Below are positions 12,728 through 24,877 of a stretch of 64,000 bases of DNA, one piece after another. Under the pieces are notes generated by a model, which saw nothing but the letters and a program-made list of their open reading frames with translations, did no database searches and was not told where the DNA came from. Source of the DNA: Squalus acanthias. Lineage: Eukaryota. The stretch spans positions 137,580,001-137,644,000 of the forward strand of contig CM059432.1 of assembly GCA_030390025.1 (NCBI GenBank), in the 5' to 3' direction. Position 1 is the first letter of the stretch. Each line of letters opens with the position of its first letter. The position numbers and the translations under genes were made by a program.

Positions 12728-12896
12728 AAAGAACTTGCATTTCTATAGCACCTTTCATGACCTCAGGATGTCCCAAAGTGCTTTCCAGCTAATGAAGTAC
12801 TTTTTGAAGTACTGTCGTAAAGTATCGAAACGTGGCAGCCTATTTGCGCACAGCAAGCTCCCACATACAGCAACGTGATGATGACCAGATAATCTG
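12728..12896 (-). mobile_element. Deu-domain SINE 3' fragment
   Basis: aaagaacttgcatttctatagcacctttcatgacctcagg... tail. Confidence 0.65.
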
Positions 12897-13482
12897 GATG
12901 CCACAAGCAGGTATTTGCACACTCAAAAAGTGTTAATCAGTTGATATTGGTTTATCACTGTACCCAGTGACAACTGGGAGCAGAAGCGATATTGTTTTTC
13001 TAGTTATTTGTGTAGAATATTCCAGAGAAAAAACAAGTCTCACTCTGCATTTTCTGCATATTTCGTTTTATTTTTGAACATTTGAAATCACTGGCAATAC
13101 AGGAGAACTTCCAGTGAGGGTGTGAGTGAGTTGATTTAACACATGACAATATCATGACGTGAATCTTCATTGGCTATCAAATAATGCTAATATTACTTCT
13201 GTTTACGCTGTTTTACCTAATGCAAAGCAATTTTTTTTTTCAATTGACCAGAATAAACTGAAGAATCATTTCTTTTAGCAATTTTTTTTTTTTTTACAGT
13301 GTACTAATGGTGGGACACAATCATTTTAATGATCAAGGTTTGATTTCTAATGGGTCACTGCCCAAAGGCAGCTAAAAATGTAAATTATTTGAAACATTGA
13401 AAAGATTTTCCTTTCATTGCCTAATCCAGCCTCTATGAATTCCATTTTAAACCAAGCGTGTCATTGTTCTCCATCATCCTGC

Positions 13483-13935
13483 TTCTAGAGAGGGTGCAGG
13501 GAGGATTTAGACAGAATTATACCAGGGATGAGGGACTTCAGTTATGTGCAGAGACTAGAGAAGCTGGGATTGTTCTCTTTACACCAGCAAAGGTTAAGGG
13601 GAGATTTAATAGGGGTGTTCAAAATAATGAAAGCTTTTGATTGAGTAGATGAGGAGAAACTTTCCACTGGCAGGAGGGTTGGTAATCAGAGGACACAGAT
13701 TTAAGGTGATGAGAACATTTTTTTACGCAGTGACTTGTTATGATCTGAATGCACTGCTCGAAAGGGCGGTGGAAGCAGATTCAATGGTAATTTTCAAAAG
13801 GGAATTGGATATATACTTGAAAAGGAAAAAATTTGCAAAGCTATATGGAAAGAGCCGGGGAGTGGGACTATTTGGACAGCTCTTTGAAAGAGGCACGATG
13901 GGCCGAATGGCCTCCTTCTTTGCTGTAAGATTCTA
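13483..13935 (+). mobile_element. CR1-like 3' fragment
   Basis: LERVQ..., FPLAGGLVIRGHRFKV, gggccgaatggcctcc tail. Confidence 0.8.
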
Positions 13936-16616
13936 TGCTTCATCTGCCAATCCCGACCATTGCGTGTACTCTAATATTCGCACAGAATCCCTGTGTTTCA
14001 TTTGCTGACACAAAGCTATACGCCACAGAGAGCGCTGGGGAACTTGAGTGCCAACACAAGTTGACTGTATAGTAAAATGTATTCCAAAACTTCTCATAAC
14101 CAAGTTTTGTAATTGTTCCATTTTTTAAAAAAAAACTTCATCTGTACTGGGCAACCCTCACCTATGCTTAACCCTTAGTGTATGATGATAAATCCCAAAG
14201 TGCGATAAGCGTCCTGTTAAGGAAATGTGTCAAATATATTTAGCAGTGGCAAAGAAAACACGACACTTGTATACTCATTTTAAGATTACAGATATTTATA
14301 AGAAAAGTCTATAGGATGGCAATATTATCATTTTTAACTTTAACGTTATTGACTAAAAAATATTTTTTATGATCCTCCAAATTTTCTTCATATACGTTGC
14401 CAGTAGTGGTTTACTAATCCTGAGTGTTTTTCACCCGGAAGAAGTTACATTACTTTTTGTGCTTTATTACTGTCTGTGCCAGTTAAGTTCAAGAAAGTAT
14501 CTCTTGAAGGGAGACCGTCACACAGTAATCCATGCCCCGCATAGTGTTTGGTTAATAGGAGCCCGACTGGCTGGATTGAACATTTGCTTGTCAATGGGGT
14601 GTTCACACTGAGAAGCTTCTATTTTAGCATTATCTTCCTGTCCGTTCTTGAAAATGAATATAATTCAGGTGATCAAATGGTTTCACGGCGAGATCTAGAT
14701 GTGTATTTATCTTTCATTTTGGTGAAAATGAGATCTTACGGACAACTGCAAAAGACTTACAGGACTCAAAGAGTTAAGGGAAAGAATGAGAACACAGTGT
14801 ATTGCCGTGGAGTCACTTTTTTTTATAAATCAAGCCCCAGTGTTCTCCAATATGTCAGTTATCTTCTGATGTCGAACAGATGTGGCTTCAAACATTGCAC
14901 GACACAAGGGAGCTCTGTAAGCTGAACAAAGCATTATAAAGGGCTGTTGAATTGCACAAACAAAAACCAACAGAGTTATATTTGTGGGAAGGGTTGTATA
15001 CAAGACCGGCTTCAGTTTCCTTCAATGAACAGGTAAGTCCTTGTAGACGTGGCGATCGATGAGACCCTACATTTCATTGAGTCTAGGTCAGCGTGATGAG
15101 GAGCTTCCAAGTTTCAGTCTGTTGATTTTGCATTTTATTGACTTTCTTTTCTATGTCTTTGTCCTCAGATATTGCCTGCCCCTCCTTTTTGTAATTCCAC
15201 TATTTTCCAATCAAGAAACTAGATAACCCCCTACCTCTCCCCCCAGCAGAATTCTGCAACTGATGTTCTCTACCTGGATGTTGGGAAAGGATATTTAAGG
15301 GTTATGGAGCCAAGGCGGGTAGATGGAGTTAAGGTACAGATCAGCCATGATCTAACTGAATGGCAGAACAGGCTTGAGGGGCTGAATTTCCTACTCCTGT
15401 TCCTATGTTAGATCTGTAAAAGTGCCTGAAGTGACTCACTCCTACTGATTTTATTTTAACCTATTTCCCTTTGCAGGGGCGGGGGTGGGGGGGGGGGGGC
15501 GGGGTGCGGGTGCATGACCTCTGCTCAGGCCTTCTTCGGCAGCCCAAGATTGGAAGCATGAAGTTAAGGTTGCCAACCCTCCCAAATTGTCCTGGATTAC
15601 TACATCACAACGGTGACTACACTTTAAAAAAAAAAGTACTTCATTGGCTGTAAAGCACTTTGGGACGTCCGGTGGTCATGAAATGCGCTATAGAAATGCA
15701 AGTCTTCCTTTCTTTTGGAGTCTCCAGGAATTAAAGATTAATCTCCTGGACACTGCTGCGAGCAACTCAGAGAAATATTATGGGTTTATTTTTCATTGAA
15801 CAATTTTGTTTATTATGAAAATATTGGAGATGGGTAAAAAGGCTGCTTGACTGGGTGGGCCGATTGGAGGCAGGAGGTCATGTGATAAACTCCAGGAATA
15901 TGGCCAACTAGAGTTGGCAGGTTCACAGTGCATGTAGCGTTGCCTATCACTTTTGTGCAGCCTGTCAAAAGGCTATCTTGCTGCTAGTGGTCATATAGGC
16001 TTTAATCAGCATAAATAAATGGTGTGGAGGAAATGGAGCGAGTCTGGGAATGTGAATTCTATTGGTTGTAACTATTACTTTTTTTACATAACTGACTGAA
16101 GGGTGGAGGTGGGGATTAAACACCGGAGAAGGTTTTAGTCATGAAATGACGCAATCTTGTGGTCTAAAGATTTCATTATTGATTAATAGGCAGACTGTCA
16201 CTACTGTGTGATCATGTGTGGACATTATTCCAGCTGATTACGCTGTACAATGGCACGACATTTAAAAAAACAATTGAACTATATTTTTCTTTGTTTAGAT
16301 TGTAATTCCTATTTTAGAGAACTTTGATTCTGAAGCAATGGCCCGAAACAATTGGGCCTAAAATAGAATTAAAATCATGAACAATGGTGGCATTATCAAT
16401 GGTAAACTGCATTAATCATTCATGAGTGTTTGAAATGCATTACAAAAGATTCCTTTGTTCATATCTGAGAGCACGGTGTTCAGTAATAGTCAAAACCCAG
16501 CTTTTTACTTTGTCATTTTTCCGCCCTGATTTACTGTTCTTCTGCCCTTTTTCTCCCAAAGGTACTGACTGCCTCACTATGGTATGGTTCCATAGCATAA
16601 CTATCATTTTCCATAC

Positions 16617-16922
16617 CGTCTTTCGGATGTGACATTAAACCAAGGCCGTGTCTGCCTTCTCAGGTGAACGTAAAAAGATCCCATGGTGCTGTTTTGAAGG
16701 GGCATTCTCCCCAGTGTCCTGGCCAATGTTTATCCCTCAACCAACAACATATTTTCTGATCATTATCACATTGCGGTCTGTGGGATCCAGCTGGGCGCAA
16801 ATTGGCTGCCGCGTTTCCTACATTACAACAGTGACAACACTTCAAAAGTACTTCATTGGCTGTGAAGCGCTTTGGGACATCCTGAGGTCATGAAAGGTGC
16901 TATATAAATGCAAGACTTTCTC
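16617..16922 (+). mobile_element. Deu-domain SINE, 5'-truncated
   Basis: ctcaggtgaacgtaaaaagatcccatgg Deu core and tail. Confidence 0.75.
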
Positions 16923-17694
16923 TGTTTTTATTAAGAATTCATAAGCCTGGCAAATTTTTCCTTCACCACTTAAGAGTACTGTAATCAATTCTCGCAGTGC
17001 TATTACTGCCCTAACTGAAATCAGCTGAGTTAGCATAGCCCACTATTCAAAAGGAATCTTCCTGATCTATAAGTCTCAGAAGTGGAGAATTTGCCTCATT
17101 TCAAAACCCATCTGTATCACATTCGAGTGATTGATCTTTCCAAATGGTAACTTTTAAGCATATTTAGAAATGAATCCATAATTTATTAGACAGATAGTAA
17201 TGTTTACAGTCAAGTTCTGATTTTAAATTAGGACGCGTATTTAGTGTAATGAAGCCATAGGGAGAGATCATCAGTGTTGGGGGACTATTAAAGCTCGAGG
17301 AGGTGGTTCAATTTAAATGACTGCTGTCTTAAATTCAAATTCCTCACACTGCCTCGGTACTCCAGAGATTAGCTGTGATACTTAAGAGAATTCCATGTGT
17401 GGGTTTCCAATAACACATTAGTTTTATCATGGTTTATTCTTATACAGAAGTGAATGAATTTAAGTTAAGCCTTCCCTCAGCAGGACCTCACTCCTCGTTT
17501 AAAACGTACCAGTTACCAAATTAACTTTAACTTCTGTCTCTTTTTATCTTTCTGTTGATTTTTGTCGAAGTGTAATTGCTGATAATCATATCAAAGAAAC
17601 TGGCTTGGAGAAGTTAGAGTGGAGATGAATTATAAACAGTAGAAATATTAATTTCAGAAAATTAAAAACAGAAAATGCTGGAAAAGTGCAGAAA

Positions 17695-18131
17695 GAAGAA
17701 ACTTGCATTTCTATAGCGCCTTTCACAACCTCAGGATGTCCCAAAGTGCTTTACAGCCAATGAAGTGCTTTTTGAAGTGTAGTCACTGTTGTATGTAGGA
17801 AACGCGGCAGCCAATTTACGCACAGCAAGCTCCCACAATGTGATAATAACCAGATAATCTGTTTTAGTTATGTTAGTTGAGGGATAAATATTGGCCAGGA
17901 CATCGGGGAGAACTCCCATGCTTTTCTTTGAAATAGTGCCGTGGGATCTTTTGCCTCCACCTGAGAGGGCAGACGGAGCCTTGGTTTAACGCCTCATCGA
18001 AAAGGCAACACCTCCGACAGTACTGCACTGGGAGCATCAGCCTAGAATTTGTGCACAAGTCTCTGGGGTGGGACCCGAACCCACAACCTTCTGACTCAGA
18101 GGCGAGAGTGCTACCCACTGAGCCACAGCTG
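17695..18131 (-). mobile_element. Deu-domain SINE (SacSINE1-like), near full length
   Basis: Minus-strand head tggctcagtgggtagcactctcgcctctgagtcagaaggttgtgggttcg (A/B-box-like). Confidence 0.8.
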
Positions 18132-19634
18132 AGACCAGTTTGTTTAGCATCCAAAAGTGAAAAGAGAGGTTAAGGTCTTGATGAATCCTTTTATCAGTTC
18201 TGGTGAAGGGCCGCACCTGAAATGTTAATCTATTTATTTTCTTAGCTGTTGATGGACTTGCTGTGTGTTGATACCATTTTCTATTTCAGAATTGAAGCAT
18301 TCACATTTTTTTTTCCATTTCTACTACCCTGGTGTACTGGACTCTTGGTGACCATTTTAGCTCTCTCAGCAGTTGGACTTAACTGCTTTCAGTTCCCCTA
18401 ATATCATTAGACGTATTGTTGAAAGAGAAATATTTAAGAAAATTCAGTGGAAAGTCAAAAATAAACCAAAGTGTGTGAATTGTTTAGATTTAGAAAAGAC
18501 TATATTGACAGTGTCAGTCACTCTTTAAGCCGTTCTTTACTGTAATCAAACTGTTCTATATTTATTGTTAATAATTGTCCAAAAGAGACTTGTCTTCCGC
18601 TTGTTGGCATTCATTCTCTTGCATGTTCTGCCCCATCTGTCTCACTTGTTTACTGCACTTTATCTTTTGTGTTCCGTGTAAAGGCATTTTTTTGTTCTGC
18701 CACTGTATTAGCATAAATAGTTACGGGATGCCTGGTGTGGGTCGGAGCTAAGCTGTGAATGCCGTTCTTATTCTTCACTCAAGCAGTAGTGAACAATAGC
18801 TGGTTTCAGCTGTGCTTAAAGCATCACTTATACGTGTTGGTACAAGGCAAAGCTAAGACATGGTAGATTGAGACACCTACTGAGTGTTTCCAGATCGCCC
18901 TACACACTATACCCAAACCCTCCTTGTATTCTCTTGTTTTACTGTCATTTCCTCCAATGTTCCCTGCAAGTCAAACTGACGCAAGAAAGGCATGGGAACA
19001 GTGACACTGTTGTCATATTTTGTTATGTAATTATGACATTAATTACATTATAATAAATAGTTGAAACTGTCCTATCTCCCGTAAACCAGACGTCCCACTT
19101 CTACATTAGGCCCCACACATATTGACAGTTGCTAATTTGGCTAAGAGGCAACTAAGAATGGGCAATAAATGCAGCATTGCCCACATCCTAAGAATACATT
19201 TTTTTTGAAGAAACAGGAAAAAACAGCAATAGAAAATGCAGAGCAGGTTTTTCAGCATCTGACAGAGAAAAGCCAGGTGAATACTTTGGGCGGAGCGTTT
19301 CATCAGAACAGGCACAATCAAGCAGGAGAGTCCTTTCCATCGAAGTTTGTGGTTATCTGAAAGAGGTGTGCACTTAATCCCATTTCTCTGCCCTTTCCCT
19401 TTTTACATTTTTGTTATTTTAAATCTATAGAACTGACCAAAACAGTGAAGACAGGAGAGGGCTCGCAGTACAGATATGCTAATTACTTTCTAAAGAGTCG
19501 GCTAATGGATTTATTAAGCCTGTAAACAGATTTTAACTTGCTGGGAAGAAGGATTTTATATCTATTTACTGGCTATTAAGCCCATTCCCTGCCTATATGT
19601 AAAAATGTTAGTCCTATTGACCTCGATTCATTGT

Positions 19635-20078
19635 TAAATTATGAGGACAGGCTGCATAGACTTGGCTTGTATTCCCTTGGGTATAGAAAATTAAGGGGTG
19701 ATCAAATTGAGGTGTTTAAGATGATTAAAGGAGTTGATAGGGTAGCTAGAGAGAAACTATTTCCTCTGGTAGGGGGAGTCCAGAACAAGGGGGCATAACC
19801 TTAAAATTAGAGCTAAGCCATTCAGGGGTGATGTCAGGAAGCACTTCTTCACACAAAGGGTAGTGGAAATCTGGAACTCTTGCCCCCCCAAAAAAGCTGT
19901 TGAGGCTGGGGGATCAATTGAAAATTTCAAAACGGAGATTGATAGATTTTTGTTTGGTAAGGGTATTAAGAGATACGGAACCAAGGCGGGTAGATGGAGT
20001 TAAGATACAGATCAGCCATGATCTAATTGAATGGCGGAACAGGCTCGAGGGATCGAATGGCCTCCTCCTGTTCCCATG
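19635..20078 (+). mobile_element. CR1-like 3' fragment
   Basis: Same family as the 26835-28100 and 55800-56180 tails. Confidence 0.8.
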
Positions 20079-21204
20079 TTGTCCTGTCCTCTCTTTGGTT
20101 TGAACAGATATATAAGAGGCTCGCCTGCCTAACTGGACACTTATCAACTAGTTATTTGTTGGACTGAATCATTTCTTTAAAAAAAAAAGCAGAAGCCATG
20201 CAAATAACTGTCGCTGAAATTGCATTTTCTAAAAGATTACAACCACCATCAGGTTGAAAAATACTCATTTGCACTTTTTAATTGTAAAAACTTTTGCAAC
20301 ATTATAGCAGCTGATTTAAAGTCTATCCATCCAAAACATTATGTGGGTTCTGAAAGGTACTATAATTTCCACTGTTACTGCCAAAGGGATTGAGAATGCA
20401 TTCTGTGAATTCAGTACCCAATATAAACTCACAATTTACATAGCAGCATCGGACCTCTGTAAACCAGAGTATTATTTCCTGGTAAAATCCTCCTTTCCTG
20501 TCAGCTGAGACCATTTTGACCCTCAGTCTTGGCTCGTAATGTTATAAAACATCTTGGGCTGGAAATTCGTTTGGGCCTGATTTCGGACCTGAAATAGGCG
20601 GTCTCATCGGAAATGGGGCCTCGGGCCTCATCAGCCAGAGAGCTGCAGATGGCCAGAGGCAGCTCGTCGGTTGGACGAGGACGGCGTTGGGTAGTCCACC
20701 ACCACGGCAGCGGCCCTCAGGTAGGTCCTAGAAGGGGGCTGAGGCGGTCGGAAGGGAGTGAGGGGGTGAAGGGAGGGTCACATAATGGAACCACACAGAA
20801 ACAGTCAACAGACAATGAAAGAAAGTGCAACAATGAATCTCCAATGGAAAACTCCAAAAAGGTAAAGCAACAAATTAAAATTATAGAAAATGTACAAATG
20901 CTGGGAGTATGTTACAATGCTGAAAATTGGCTGGTGTGTTTCCCTACATTACAACAGTGACAACACTTCAAAAGTATTTCATTGGCTGTAAAACACTTTG
21001 GGAGGCCCTGAGGTTGTGATCTTTCGAGAGATCTGGAGTGCCAGGTTGGAACAGGCTACCTCTTTCAGGCTTCGACAGGATTGATGATCAATGCAAAGAA
21101 ACCAGAGAGAAGACTTCAACAATCTCATTGGGACCATTAGTTCTGCTGTCATGCAGGTCAGTTGCAATGGTAAGGCAATGCCCAATAACAGCTGCATGGC
21201 TGAA

Positions 21205-21522
21205 GTGGGCAAGGTTGGTGCTGTCAGGAAGCCAGCACATCTGGATCCAGCCCCTGGAATGGGCGTGGCTGATGCTTTCAGGAAGGTAGCACATCTGGAC
21301 CCAGCCCTTGGAATGGGCACGGTTGGTGCTTTCAGGGAGCCAGCACATCTGGATCCAGCCCCTGGAATGGGCTGGTTGGTGCTGTGAGCAGGCTGGCACA
21401 TCTGGATCCAGACTATGGAATGGGCGGGGTCGGTGTTATCAAGAAGCTAGCACATCTGGATCCAGCCCCTGGAATGGGCAGGTTTGGTGCTGACAGGAAG
21501 CCAGCACACCTGGATCCAGCCC
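21205..21522. repeat. 54-bp tandem repeat, ~6 copies (GCACATCTGGATCCAGCCCCTGGAATGGGC...)
   Basis: cacatctgga-like anchors at 21236, 21290, 21344, 21397, 21451, 21505 (period 54; one unit is 53). Confidence 0.92.
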
Positions 21523-22066
21523 ACTTCAGTCAGCCCCCTTCCCATGCATTCATAAGTGACAGAAACTACACAGGGCCAGATTGTCCACACAGCTGTAGAA
21601 ATGGCTGCAGCCAGCAACAGGTGAAGGCTATTCCAACAAAGAGGCTTCTATTGGCCCACAACAGCCAGCCACATCTCATTCCTGCCACTGAGGTAGCACC
21701 TAGTAAAAGCGTAAGACTACAGTTAAGAGCACCACCAAATGGAACAAACAGTAAGCGCTGTGGCAGGAAATAGTAGATGCACATACATTGCACCATCATT
21801 GTTCAATTGTGCAGTGTGCATTCTTAGTGAGGTTTGGGAGCAGGTAACATCAATGGTAAATTCACAAGGTGCGTTGAAAAGGGAAGAAACTGAGGGAAAA
21901 TGTAGCCAGGACTGTTAATGCAGTGGGCACATTTTCAATTTAAGGGAAGTTGTCCTGTATGACAGCTTCATGAATTTCTCTTCATGGTAATAGCTAATGG
22001 TAGCTGGTAATGGGTTCTTTCTGCAGCTTCTTCAGGGTGCTCCTATTCCTCTAGCTGGTCCCTTCG

Positions 22067-22294
22067 CTATGCTTGGGTGCCTTTCTCCTCTGGGGGCTCC
22101 ATCATGAAGCCTCTTTGCAAGGTAAAGTTGTGCAGCATGCAGCACGTTACCACAATCCTTGAAACTTTAGCCAGGCTATATTGCAGAACACCCCCAGATA
22201 AATCCAGATCCCTGATGCGATGCTTCAACATGCCAGTGCTGTGCTCAATGATCATTCTGGAGAATGCAGTCATCTCATTATACCTGGATATCAC
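22067..22294 (-). mobile_element. PIF/Harbinger transposase C-terminal relic (HARBI1-like DDE)
   Basis: RYNEMTAFSRMIIEHSTGMLKHRIRDLDLSGGVLQYSLAKVSRIVVTCCMLHNF matches the Harbinger pattern 'YN..H...R..IE...G.LK.RFRCLD.SGG.LQY.P.KV..I...CC.LHN'. Confidence 0.85.
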
Positions 22295-23323
22295 AAAGGT
22301 GTCATAAGCTACGGCTATAAAGGACAGCTTTGGTCACTCAGGAACTCTCCGAAGACTTATCCTTTTGGGTCAAATGTTGGTGGCACAGTGGGCTGCCTTA
22401 AAATAAAGGACGTTGTGACAGCTGACTTGGAAGTGAGCTTTTATTTACATAATGTATTGCGAAAAGTCGCTGAACTCCCCAGCTCATATGAGCTGTTAAA
22501 GGAAATACCATTAAGCAGATGAAAAGTGACAGAAAATTATGTTGTGATATCTTCTGAACTCAGTTACGTGCAGCCTCTCTCAAACTGGCAAGTGCTTCCC
22601 TGACCCATCAAGAATTCGATCGCAAAATTGGATCGGCTGAATTTTGGATGGAGATCAAATGTTGCTGATCTTCACCCAATTTTATGATCAGTTATACGCA
22701 AAAATCGGGAGTCGCAGATCGTAAATTCAACCTTAGTTCTGGCTCCAGTCTTAAGACTTTCTCATCTTCCACTTGACTTAGTTAAAGAGCCACCGCCCTC
22801 ATGAGAAAGTGACTCTCTGGAGCCAAGGCGGGTAGATGGAGTTAAGAGACAGATCAGCCAGGATCTAATTGACTGGCGGGACCGGCTCAAGGGGCCGAAT
22901 GTCCTCCTCCTGTTCCTATGTGTCCGTCAAAGCTTTTGTACTTGGCAAAGGAGAAGAGCAGGAAAAACCAGATGTCATTTTTGTTGCAAATAGCATCACA
23001 CAGACACAATGGAATGGTTTGTTATGATATATTTTAAGTCACTGAATGTTGCCTTTCATATAAAAAAAAATGTCCATGAAAAGGTTATTATTTTAAGTAA
23101 TCCATCTTTTACAATATTAAAGTAGCTGGCAGTTTAATAGCAGCGTCTTGCTTTTAAGAAATTATTCTTTTATCACTCCAGTACACTTTTAATGCCCTTT
23201 ATCAAGGTTTGTCACTCTATGTGATTTTTAAAGATTGTCCACATTTTCTGTAGCGATTTTCCAAGTCTCTTTGATTGATTGATGGTAATGTCACCTTCCT
23301 GGCTAACTGTTTTTTTTGCACAG

Positions 23324-23346
23324 AAGCCTAGTGTCGGAAAAGGGAG
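23324..23346 (+). CDS. Candidate alternative MBP microexon (23 nt, KPSVGKG+AG)
   Basis: Branch-point-like ctaac, T-run, tgcacag| acceptor, GAG|gtaacc donor; in frame with exon 1 (phase 0 start). Confidence 0.55.
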
Positions 23347-23559
23347 GTAACCCTTAATCAAAGGATTCATGCCACTGTGAAGAAAAGCATATCAGCTCTT
23401 AATTGTGTGTGAACATGAAATACTGATTTTATTAGATAACCAGGATATCAGAACTCAATGCAAGCTGTTGGAGGGGAAGCAGGTATAGAAAGCATTTCAT
23501 GCTTTGTCTGCCACCATCTGGCACTCGCATATACCTGCAGCTTATACCAATGACTTAGA

Positions 23560-24011
23560 TGTCAGCCTTGGCTCAGTGGTAACACTCACCCCTCTGGGTC
23601 AGTAGGTCGTGGGTTCACGGTCCACTCCACAGACTGGCGCGCATCATCTAGGCTGACACTCCCAGTGCCAGTACTGAGGGAGTGCTGCACTGTCGGAGGA
23701 TTTGATTAAGGGTTTAACCTCCCTTTCGGATGAGGCGTTAAAGCGAGGTCCCAGCTGCTCTCTCAGGTGGACGTAAAATATCCCGTGGCACTATTTTGAA
23801 GACGAGCAGGGGAGTTCTCCCCAGTGTTCCTAAACCGACATCGCACAAAACAGAATATCTGGTCATTTACTTCATTGCTGTTTGTGGGACCTTGCTGTGT
23901 TTCCTGCATTAAAACAGTGACTACATTTAAAAGTACTTCATTGGCTGTAAAGCCTTTTGGGACGTCCTGAGGTCATGAAAGGCGCGATATAAAGGCAAGT
24001 TCTTTCTTTCT
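23560..24011 (+). mobile_element. Deu-domain SINE (SacSINE1-like), lying between the two candidate microexons
   Basis: tggctcagtggtaacac A-box, gggttcacggtcc B-box, Deu core and tail. Confidence 0.8.
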
Positions 24012-24195
24012 ATGTCATCCAGAGGTCGGAGATGCTGTCTTCTGTCTTTGACAAATACTTTCTACCTGTTTCTCAAATACTCGGATGGCATAGCGTAATT
24101 TGTGTCAAGTGCATCTGTGTATCCTTGCGTTGCATGCAATTTCACCTCGATGAAAATAACTTGTCATGTTTTTTTCTGCTGTTTCCAATCCGCAG

Positions 24196-24215
24196 TCATT
24201 TGAGAGCACAGCCAG
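24196..24215 (+). CDS. Candidate alternative MBP microexon (20 nt, (S)HLRAQP(G))
   Basis: Pyrimidine tract then ccgcag| acceptor, CAG|gttagt donor, TGCATG at ~24131; phase-compatible with 23324-23346; peptide resembles mammalian exon II SHARSQPG. Confidence 0.55.
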
Positions 24216-24454
24216 GTTAGTGAACACTTGTTTCATCATTAAAGTATCCATTGCTTGAACCTGGCAGATGAGTTAGTTGAAGTCTCGTCCAGGCCTAATG
24301 AGAGAGAAGTGTTAAGACTGGGAAGGGAAGGGAGGAGAGGAGAGGTTTTTTTTTGTTCAATGTTTACTCTTCATTTTGTTATCTGTCTAATATCGACACC
24401 TCAGACTACTTTTTGCCTGCCCAGATTTTCAATTTTGTTTCTCTCTCTGAGTGA

Positions 24455-24770
24455 ATGTTTCCCCTGGCAGGAGAGTCTAGAACTAGGGGTCATAGTCTCA
24501 GAATAAGGGGTGAGATGAGGAGAAATTTCTTCTCTCAGAGGGTTGTGAACCTTTGGAATTCTCTACCCCAGAGGGCTGTGGAGGCTCAGTCGTTGAGTAT
24601 ATTCAAGACAGAGATCGATAGATTTTTGGACACTAAGGGAATCAAGGGATATGGGGATAGGGTGGGAAAGTGGAGTTGAGGTCGAAGATCAGCCATGATC
24701 TTATTAAATGGCGGAGCAGACTCGAGGGGCCGTATGGCCAACTCCTGCTCCTAATTCTTATGTTCTTATG
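24455..24770 (+). mobile_element. CR1-like 3' fragment
   Basis: ORF MFPLAGESRTRGHSLRIRG...FFSQRVVNLWNSLPQ; ttcttatg tail repeats. Confidence 0.85.
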
Positions 24771-24877
24771 GTTCTTACCCATGCCCTTTCACTTTCTTCA
24801 TTTTGTTCTACTCTCTCATTTTTATGATCTCGGGGTTTTCTCTCAGTCTTATTCTCTCCTTCCTTTATGGAGTCATT

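Noticed and set aside
15020..15038. acAG|GTAAGT as a recursive splice site or exon end
   Set aside because: Perfect donor but weak pyrimidine tract and no convincing upstream exon; could be chance.
18195..18230. Additional hammerhead-like remnants (also ~19280-19310)
   Set aside because: Core nucleotides mutated (CUGG instead of CUGA here; GAAA lost in the other copy).
20979..21773. Overlapping repetitive ORFs as a novel host gene
   Set aside because: Explained by the 54-bp tandem repeat inside a decayed transposon; frameshifted.
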